This document shows, piece by piece, positions 35,776-42,455 of a stretch of 42,455 nucleotides of DNA (positions within the stretch are counted from its first letter, which is position 1; each line of letters starts with the position of its first letter). This DNA comes from Flavobacteriales bacterium (GTDB taxonomy: Bacteria > Bacteroidota > Bacteroidia > NS11-12g > UBA955). The notes beneath the pieces are model-generated. The model was not told the DNA's origin. It saw nothing but the letters and a program-made list of their open reading frames with translations, and searched no databases. Both the position numbers and the translations under genes were made by a program. The stretch covers positions 1 to 42,455 of the forward strand of contig CANIZU010000001.1 of assembly GCA_947472115.1 (NCBI GenBank), in the 5' to 3' direction.

Positions 35776-38280
35776 TTAATGTTGAACGATAAACTTTGTC
35801 GTGATAGCGCGTGAATTGTCGCCCTGTAATTGCAAAAAGTAAGTACCGTTGGGCAAGGTCGCCGTTGGGATCGCACCAGAATCGCCATAACGACCCTCGC
35901 TTACCACCGCCCCCTGCAAATTGTAAATGCGGTAGGTGCGGTTTAACAGCGACATCGCCCCGCGAACAGAAATTGAAGTACTGCTGGGGTTGGGGTATAA
36001 TTTGATTGAGGGTCCGCGTGAGAACTTTGAAACGGAAACCGGTTCGACCATGTAAACCAAAGGCAAAGCGAACATCCCACGGCCGTGGGTAATCACAAAC
36101 AAAGTGCGATCGTCGCGCATCTTCAATTCGTGAATGGCGACATTCGGAACCCGGTAATCCTTGTTCCACGTTTTGCCACTGTCGATGCTGTAATACAAGC
36201 CAAAATCCGTTCCCGCAAAAAAGACTTCGTCCGGACGGTAAGGATCCACCGCCATCATATTCACGGGCAAACCCGGAGGCAAATCGCCAGAAATGTTCTT
36301 CCACAACGGCTTGTTCGTCACTGAGTCCAGCCCGGTCACCCGCCAAACGCGAGGATCGTTGCTGATATTGCTGAAAGCCACATACAATACGTAGGGATTT
36401 TTTGGATGAACGGTCATCCCCTTGATTAAATCGTTGGTGACGGCCGATGGAACACTCGAATTATAGTTGACCTCCTTGCCGGGAATCGCGGTGGCGGCAT
36501 GTTCGATTTTGTATAGCTGCGCCGCGGTACCCCCGAAATAAACCACCGGATTTTCTTGTCGACTGATACCAATCGCCTTAATCCCCGCCCTCAAACTGGT
36601 TGTCATCTGGTCCCAAGTGTACCCCATATCCATCGTGCGATACAAGTATTTGTTGGTGCGATAAAAAACCATGTTCTGGTCGGCCAAATTCATTTCGAAA
36701 AGATTGATAAAGTCCACTCCATCGGTCGTAAATCTGGGATCCACGATCTTGGTGGTGTTACCTGGATTGTTTGAGGTAAAGTTGTTCATTACATGAATCG
36801 CATCGTTCTGATAACTCATGTAGGCAATGCTGCCATCTTGCTGACCGATATTGCAATAGGCGCCATCGCCTCCAAAGAATCGCTGACTAACTAGGGGTTT
36901 CTCCGTGACTTGGGTGCCATTGTCTTGAGCGCCTGAAATGCCCACCATCCCAGTGGGGCCGTAGCCGCCGCAATAGAACTGGGTCACGCGGTAGCCGTTG
37001 TTGAGATTGGCCGCAACGGCAGTAGATGACCATTGGTATCTGAAAACGCCGCCATCGGTTCCCATAAGGAAATCAGTGGTTGTTTTGGGCAAAAATGCAA
37101 AGGAATGGTGGTCGGAATGGCCAATATCGAGCGGGGTCCAAGAGTTTCCACCATCGCTGCTTCGGCAGATATCACGTCCACCCACCACAATCCGATTTGT
37201 ATCTGTGGGATGCACCCCCATCACCATGCAATAAGCTTGATAACCAGGTCCTGCTGCGGTGGGAGGGGTTTTGGCTTTCCAGGTATTTCCGCCATCGCTG
37301 CTCTTGTAGAAGGCCACTGGCGCGGCATCGAAAGCGAATCCTTCGAACACGGCGTAGACCACTTTGGGGAATTTATGACAGTAATCCACCTGAATGGTTC
37401 TGTACGTGCCACCATTGGGAGCGTTCGGGAAGGTGAGGGTTTTGAAAGTGCCGGGTTTTCCATTGGAATCGGAGGCAACGACGAGGTTTGACTGCAATGT
37501 GGCGATCACGCGTCCGTTGGGGAGACAAACGACATCGGTCACTTGTTTATTTCCGCCGCTGTAGGCGATTGCCCAGGTTGCGCCGCCGTCAGTTGAGCGA
37601 TAGAGCCCGTAACTGTTGGTGCCCACGAACAGGGTTTGCGAATCGATTTTCGAGTGTTCGATGTCCCATATCGCATTGAAACCATTGAGTTTCACGGTGG
37701 ATGGGAGCTGATTGAACGTCTTGCCACCGTCGGTTGATTTAAAGACGCCTTCGCCATCTACATCGGCCGAATTGGCCCTGCTTTCGCCGGTTCCGTAGTA
37801 GACTTCGTTGGGGTTATAGGGGTTTGAGGTCAGCGCTGAGGGCATCATCGAAACTTCTTGCTCGTTGATGGGTTTCCAGCTTGTGCCGCCATTTTCGCTG
37901 CGCCAGAGTCCGCCTGAGATGGCACCGGCGAGGATGATTTTTTCGTTTCGCGGATCGATCCAAAGCGCGCGGGTCCTTCCGGCGACGTTGTTGGGACCTA
38001 GTTCAATGATGGTGTCGATGGGGTTTGTGCCGGCCCTACGCTCGAGTTTTTTCGCATCGTATTGTGCCCATTGAGATCTAAGAAAGGGGGGGATTTGGCC
38101 GGTGGCGTCCTGTTTTTCTTGAAACCATTGCTCGTAATAACCGGGGTGCTGTGCGTCTTCTTCCTGGGAATTGTTGTTGCTGGATGCGTTATGACCCAGC
38201 GAAATCAGGCTGTAAAGGCCGAAAAGGGCTAGGGTTGGGAATAGGAGGGAGAAGGTGAGGCGCGCAGATTTCGACATCAT
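35776..38280 (-). CDS. BNR/Asp-box (VPS10/sialidase-like) beta-propeller protein with T9SS type A C-terminal sorting domain
   Basis: LGP.NVAGRTRA; repeated S.DGG.TW Asp-boxes; H.DHH; GTDGG; GAQDNGT; THGRG; C-terminal LYPNP...IYNLQG...GTYFLQL...KFIV. Confidence 0.9.
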   Translation of the reverse strand: MMSKSARLTFSLLFPTLALFGLYSLISLGHNASSNNNSQEEDAQHPGYYEQWFQEKQDATGQIPPFLRSQWAQYDAKKLERRAGTNPIDTIIELGPNNVAGRTRALWIDPRNEKIILAGAISGGLWRSENGGTSWKPINEQEVSMMPSALTSNPYNPNEVYYGTGESRANSADVDGEGVFKSTDGGKTFNQLPSTVKLNGFNAIWDIEHSKIDSQTLFVGTNSYGLYRSTDGGATWAIAYSGGNKQVTDVVCLPNGRVIATLQSNLVVASDSNGKPGTFKTLTFPNAPNGGTYRTIQVDYCHKFPKVVYAVFEGFAFDAAPVAFYKSSDGGNTWKAKTPPTAAGPGYQAYCMVMGVHPTDTNRIVVGGRDICRSSDGGNSWTPLDIGHSDHHSFAFLPKTTTDFLMGTDGGVFRYQWSSTAVAANLNNGYRVTQFYCGGYGPTGMVGISGAQDNGTQVTEKPLVSQRFFGGDGAYCNIGQQDGSIAYMSYQNDAIHVMNNFTSNNPGNTTKIVDPRFTTDGVDFINLFEMNLADQNMVFYRTNKYLYRTMDMGYTWDQMTTSLRAGIKAIGISRQENPVVYFGGTAAQLYKIEHAATAIPGKEVNYNSSVPSAVTNDLIKGMTVHPKNPYVLYVAFSNISNDPRVWRVTGLDSVTNKPLWKNISGDLPPGLPVNMMAVDPYRPDEVFFAGTDFGLYYSIDSGKTWNKDYRVPNVAIHELKMRDDRTLFVITHGRGMFALPLVYMVEPVSVSKFSRGPSIKLYPNPSSTSISVRGAMSLLNRTYRIYNLQGAVVSEGRYGDSGAIPTATLPNGTYFLQLQGDNSRAITTKFIVQH

Positions 38281-38413
38281 AAATTACAAATATACAATCG
38301 GGGGGCGGAGGGTTTGCGGAATTCGCAGGATTATTGGTGAAAGTTATAAGTGCGGGGTGTTTGAATTGGATTTGGGTGGGTGTAAACTTTGGAATGTTTG
38401 ATTACATTTGAAC

Positions 38414-39616
38414 ATGATGAAGGCTTTTCAGCGCTTTTTGTTGGTGATTGGCATCGCTGCGGTATTGGCCGGGGTGGTGTGGGTTTCGCCATTTGGGTAT
38501 TTGATCAAGGGGGTTCGGTTGACGTATATGATCGGACAGAAATCGGCTAACTATTTGGATTACAAGGGGTTCGATACGCGAGAAATCGCCAATGACCCAT
38601 CGAAGGTATCGCCTTTGGTGACGTTGAGCGGCGCTTCGGAGGTCGTTTTGAGTGAGGGGTTGCTAGGGATGTTGAGCAAAACCGAGAGCGGTTCATTTTT
38701 GGTGTTTCGCAACGATACGTTGGTGTGCGAGAAGTATTTTGAGCCGGTGGATGGGTCGGTGCCCACGAATTCGTTTTCGATGGCCAAAACCATCACTTGT
38801 TTGTTGGTGGAGCAGGCGATTGAGCGCGGCGAAATTTTGTCTTGGGACGAGCCGGTTAGGAAGTTTTTGCCATGGGTGGGTGCGGTGAAGGATGTGAAGG
38901 GCTATCAAAATGAGGTTTTGGAGGAGAATGCGAAGGGGTTGACCTTGAGGCATTTGATCACGATGACGGCGGGTTTGGAATGGAATGAAAGTTATGTATC
39001 GCCCTTTGGGATCACGGCGAAGGCGTATTACGGGAGCGATATTGAGGCTACGATGCGACAGGTGCCTGTGGTGGTGAAGCCGGGCGAAGTATTTGAATAT
39101 CAGAGCGGGGCAACGCAATTGTTGGGGTTGGTGTTGGAGAAGGCGACGGGGAAGCATTTGGCGGAATTGGCATCGGAGAGAATTTGGAAGCCATTGGGTG
39201 CTGAGGCGCCGGCGACTTGGTCATTGGATAAGGAGAACGGTCGGGAATTGAATTTTTGTTGTTTCAACGCCCGGGCCCGCGATTTTGGTCGTTTGGGCTT
39301 GATGGTGATGCATCACGGCGCTGGGCTAATCGATTCGGGATTTTTGGCGATGGCTCAACGTCCGTTTGTATCGTCGAATCACCCGGAGGCGCCGCGGTCA
39401 TTGCATTACGGACATGCATTTTGGTTGGGCGAGGTAGACGGGGTGAAGTTCAGTTATTTTCAGGGGTTGAAGGGTCAGTATATTGTGTTGATTCCTTCGG
39501 GGGGGATGGTGGTTGTGCGCACTGGGAATGGGATTGCGCGGGCTGCGGACGGCGGGAAGGTGTATGATTGCGTGAAGACGTATGCGTCTGAGGCGATGAA
39601 GTTGTTTGGTCGTTGA
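38414..39616 (+). CDS. Beta-lactamase-like serine hydrolase (NylB/AmpC-like)
   Basis: N-terminal TM helix; SxxK in SFSMAKT, LRHLITMTAGL, FEYQSG, ARDFGRLG, GLKGQY. Confidence 0.88.
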   Translation: MMKAFQRFLLVIGIAAVLAGVVWVSPFGYLIKGVRLTYMIGQKSANYLDYKGFDTREIANDPSKVSPLVTLSGASEVVLSEGLLGMLSKTESGSFLVFRNDTLVCEKYFEPVDGSVPTNSFSMAKTITCLLVEQAIERGEILSWDEPVRKFLPWVGAVKDVKGYQNEVLEENAKGLTLRHLITMTAGLEWNESYVSPFGITAKAYYGSDIEATMRQVPVVVKPGEVFEYQSGATQLLGLVLEKATGKHLAELASERIWKPLGAEAPATWSLDKENGRELNFCCFNARARDFGRLGLMVMHHGAGLIDSGFLAMAQRPFVSSNHPEAPRSLHYGHAFWLGEVDGVKFSYFQGLKGQYIVLIPSGGMVVVRTGNGIARAADGGKVYDCVKTYASEAMKLFGR

Positions 39617-39691
39617 TGGGTTTTTCGGATGATTTTTCGGGTTTTGATTGATTTGATAGTTTTGATGAATGGTCGTTAATGGATTAATGAA

Positions 39692-41050
39692 TTGATTTGC
39701 GAGATGGATTTTACGGATTTTGGAGATTTGGCGGAGGATGTGTTGTGGGGCGGGTTGTCGAAGGATGCGCATCGACAGTTTATGTCGCGTTGCCTGGTCT
39801 TGGCTGAACGCGGTTGGGGAAAGGTGAGTCCGAATCCGATGGTGGGAGCGGTTTTGGTTCGTGGCGGGTTGGTGTTGGATGAGGGGTGGCACGATGTATT
39901 TGGCGGGGCGCATGCGGAGCGGATGTTGTTTGAGGGGTTGGGTTCTGGACAGAATGAAGATTTTTCGGATTGTATTTTATATGTGTCGTTGGAGCCTTGC
40001 GCGCATTTCGGGAAGACGCCTCCTTGTGCGAATTTGATCTTGGAGAAGGGTGTTGGCGCTGTGGTTGTCGGGGTATTGGATCCCAATCCGAAAGTGTGTG
40101 GTAGGGGTGTTGAGATTTTGCGCGCTGCGGGTGTGGACGTCTTGGTGGGTGTGCTGGAGGATGAATGTCGGGGGTTGAATCCCATGTTTTGGGTCAACCA
40201 GCTTTTAGGCCGGACGGCTGTTGTTGCGAAGTGGGCAGAGACGGCGGATGGATTTATGGGTCGTATCGCAGAGGAGTCAAGTCGCTTGTTACCAACAAAT
40301 CCAATTCTCTCAAATGAGATCGAACTGCTTCAAAATGAAAGGTTTTTGATTTCCGGTGAGGAATCGGGTCGATGGGTGCATTGGTTACGGTCGGGAATGG
40401 ACGCGATTTTGGTTGGAGTGAATACATGGAATTTGGATCAGCCAAAGTTGAACGTCCGCGGGTTGGAGGTGTCAAAGCAGCCGATTCGCATCGTTCTAGA
40501 TCGTCGGTTGCGAGGTGAATATTCCGCTGAAGCAGTGAATCGCAGCGCAGCCCCGTTGTGGGTGATATATGATTTAAATTTTTTAGAAAGTGATGAGGCG
40601 ATGGGTATCCGAGAGTTACAATTTAAGTTATTGTCGGAGGCTTCGGGATCAGGAAAATTGGTTGGTTGGGGATTGGAATTATCGGAATTAGAATCATCGA
40701 ACGGCAATAGCGATTCGCTGAACTCGGTAGATAGGATTTTGCAGTGGTTGTACGAGGCGCATGGATTGGGGGTGATTTTGGTTGAGGGCGGCGCATCGAT
40801 TTTGCAATCGTTTTTGGATGCGGACTGCGTGGATGAGCTCCATATTTTGCGAAATTCGCAAATGCGTTTGGAATCGGGGGTTAGGTCTCCCAATTTGGAT
40901 CGGGGGAAGTTGTCTCGGGATGCGGATTTTGGGTCGGACGAGCACTGGGTTTGGCGGCGGGATTTCGGTGGAATGGGCATCGAAACGGAGGAAGGATTGA
41001 ATTCGGAATTCGGAATACTCGGGAAAGAGGAAGGGGATTTGGCGGAGTGA
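39692..41050 (+). CDS. ribD: Bifunctional riboflavin biosynthesis deaminase/reductase
   Basis: PNPMVGAV, HAE, LEPCAHFGKTPPC, DPNP, KWAETADGF, DAILVG, VEGGA. Start uncertain (TTG 39692 or a later ATG). Confidence 0.92.
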   Translation: MICEMDFTDFGDLAEDVLWGGLSKDAHRQFMSRCLVLAERGWGKVSPNPMVGAVLVRGGLVLDEGWHDVFGGAHAERMLFEGLGSGQNEDFSDCILYVSLEPCAHFGKTPPCANLILEKGVGAVVVGVLDPNPKVCGRGVEILRAAGVDVLVGVLEDECRGLNPMFWVNQLLGRTAVVAKWAETADGFMGRIAEESSRLLPTNPILSNEIELLQNERFLISGEESGRWVHWLRSGMDAILVGVNTWNLDQPKLNVRGLEVSKQPIRIVLDRRLRGEYSAEAVNRSAAPLWVIYDLNFLESDEAMGIRELQFKLLSEASGSGKLVGWGLELSELESSNGNSDSLNSVDRILQWLYEAHGLGVILVEGGASILQSFLDADCVDELHILRNSQMRLESGVRSPNLDRGKLSRDADFGSDEHWVWRRDFGGMGIETEEGLNSEFGILGKEEGDLAE

Positions 41051-41655
41051 GTTTATTTTCCGACGTGTACTATGAGGTGGAGCGGGATGCGGAATTTGTT
41101 TTGCGGGAGCGGGGCAGCAAGTTTTTTGCTTTTGTTTACGGGGTGAAATCGGATTTGGAGATCAAGGAAAAGTTGGAGGGTTTGAAGCGGCAGTATCCGG
41201 ATGCAACGCATCATTGTTATGCTTGGGTGATGGGGGCGCGGGGTGAGGCGCAGCGGGCGAACGACGATGGGGAGCCTGGAAATTCTGCGGGCCGACCGAT
41301 TTTGAGGTCGATTCTCAGCGTGGGTGTCACCAATGTTTTGGTGGTGGTGGTGCGGTATTTCGGGGGGACGTTGCTTGGGATTCCCGGTTTGATTGAAAGT
41401 TATGGGGGAGCGGCCGAGTCGGCGCTTCGCGCCGCCGGCCGCCTCGAAAAATTCATCGAAGAAAACTATGAAATTTCATCGGCTTTTGAGCATGAACAGG
41501 AAATTCATCGACTCATTGCAAAGTACGGCGCTCGTGTTTTGGGCAGCGAGTATACGGAGCAAGTTTGCTATCGCGTGGCGGTGAAGGCAGGTGTAGGTCG
41601 GGACTTCGAAAAAGCCCTTTCGGACCATTACCAATTGAGCGGAAAACGCGTGTAA
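41047..41655 (+). CDS. yigZ: YigZ/IMPACT family protein
   Basis: SKFFA, ATHHCYAW, NDDGEPGNSAGRPIL, VVRYFGGTLLG.PGLI..Y. GTG start overlaps the ribD stop (GTGA). Confidence 0.92.
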   Translation: MSLFSDVYYEVERDAEFVLRERGSKFFAFVYGVKSDLEIKEKLEGLKRQYPDATHHCYAWVMGARGEAQRANDDGEPGNSAGRPILRSILSVGVTNVLVVVVRYFGGTLLGIPGLIESYGGAAESALRAAGRLEKFIEENYEISSAFEHEQEIHRLIAKYGARVLGSEYTEQVCYRVAVKAGVGRDFEKALSDHYQLSGKRV

Positions 41656-41715
41656 ATTCATCTTTAATTAAGATGGAAGAGAAGATTCGAGTAAAGAAAT
41701 TTAAACGATGATATT

Positions 41716-42455
41716 CTATTGAAGAAATTTTGCAATGAAATCAGATAATGTCATCTCTCCAGTTTCAAAAATGAAGACGGGTCCGCGAACATCTGCCAAG
41801 CTGTGTTTAAAAGGAAGTCGGTCACCCCAAGCGCTGTCTTTGAAAACATCCATAACGGCGACCTTGTGCGGGACGTAATGTTGTTCTTTGATTTCTTTTA
41901 ATAGCCAATGTCGACGTTCATATTTTGGACGCACGATCGGAATGGTTTTATGGATTTTAAAGCAATCCGGCAAAGTATCAGGTGGTTGAATTTCCGATTG
42001 CAACGGGAAGTCTGCCAACTGCTGAAATCCCATGCTCGCTGTCTCTAAAACGTAGTGGTCCAATACGACCACTGCCCCAATTTTTTCCGTTCTGCAGAGG
42101 TTTGCCATCTTCTCGGCATCGCCACGCAACTGATTGATAGGGTAAATCATCACGGGAACATAGGTTTTACCCAATTCTCGGATGCTGCACCTGTCCCAAA
42201 AACGATAACCATAAAGTCCAACAGCAGCAAAAAGGCCAGTGAAATAAACGGTTTTAATAAGCTTGGACTTTATCTGGAACTTGCCAGAAAGTGTTAATGG
42301 ATGTTTGAAGGTGATTTTCCAAAGTTGATTCAGCCCCTGGAACGAAAATCCCGAACTCGCAATTTGCCAACCCCACGCAAAGGGCACTGCCAAGAAAAAT
42401 CGACCGTAGCCAAAAAAGATGTTTTCGGTGCCATCGGTTGTCTTTTCTACCGCTA
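41716..42455 (-). CDS. C-terminal part of a membrane protein (5' end outside the window)
   Basis: The frame stays open to the window edge (..AVEKTTDGTENIFFGYGRFFLAVPFAWG..). Hydrophobic segments are followed by a soluble domain. Confidence 0.65.
   Translation of the reverse strand, partial: AVEKTTDGTENIFFGYGRFFLAVPFAWGWQIASSGFSFQGLNQLWKITFKHPLTLSGKFQIKSKLIKTVYFTGLFAAVGLYGYRFWDRCSIRELGKTYVPVMIYPINQLRGDAEKMANLCRTEKIGAVVVLDHYVLETASMGFQQLADFPLQSEIQPPDTLPDCFKIHKTIPIVRPKYERRHWLLKEIKEQHYVPHKVAVMDVFKDSAWGDRLPFKHSLADVRGPVFIFETGEMTLSDFIAKFLQ

Noticed and set aside
35732..36346. Long N-terminal extension of the 337-aa ORF overlapping the T9SS gene (possible overlapping gene or frameshift fusion)
   Set aside because: The alternate-frame translation is not protein-like, the T9SS gene ends in an intact sorting domain, and a good ATG exists at 35731.
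1..42455. CRISPR array, prophage, retron/RT, toxin-antitoxin or other defence system; also the many short antisense ORFs in the track
   Set aside because: No regularly spaced repeats or hallmark proteins were seen. The short ORFs are shadows of well-supported genes.

Overview
This is a chromosomal, mostly housekeeping window from a Bacteroidota bacterium. The evidence is TAnnTTTG-type promoters, a T9SS-sorted protein, a PorE-like OmpA lipoprotein, an Omp28-like lipoprotein and the ftsK-lolA pair. It holds about 30 CDS, including ltaE, a Mo-enzyme cluster (asmA-mobA-fdhD-small ORF-ydeP/fdhF-like), htrA, kdsA, an M1 aminopeptidase, trmB, aat, rnz, ftsK, lolA, sucD, a glutathione peroxidase, xerD, a UDP-sugar dehydrogenase, ribD and yigZ. 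There are two tRNAs: the 3' part of a probable tRNA-Pro at the left edge and a complete tRNA-Asp(GTC). I see no CRISPR array, intact transposase, prophage or recognisable defence system. The most notable observations are: (1) a PorE-like TPR/PD40/OmpA lipoprotein with an extra C-terminal retropepsin-like domain whose catalytic DTG motif is degenerate (DIDG), plus a 52-aa insertion in the OmpA Cys loop; (2) many genes whose -7 promoter element lies only 3-6 nt before the start codon, suggesting frequent leaderless mRNAs, with a common TAnnTTCG variant; (3) both tRNAs are followed by a terminator and a perfect 11-12 bp tandem repeat, as expected for integrative-element scars; (4) a ~1.1 kb AT-rich islet after tRNA-Asp holds an orphan gene, a truncated paralogue of it, and an IS21-like end repeat that overlaps the trmB C-terminus. 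All family assignments come from motif recognition by eye; no database search was run.
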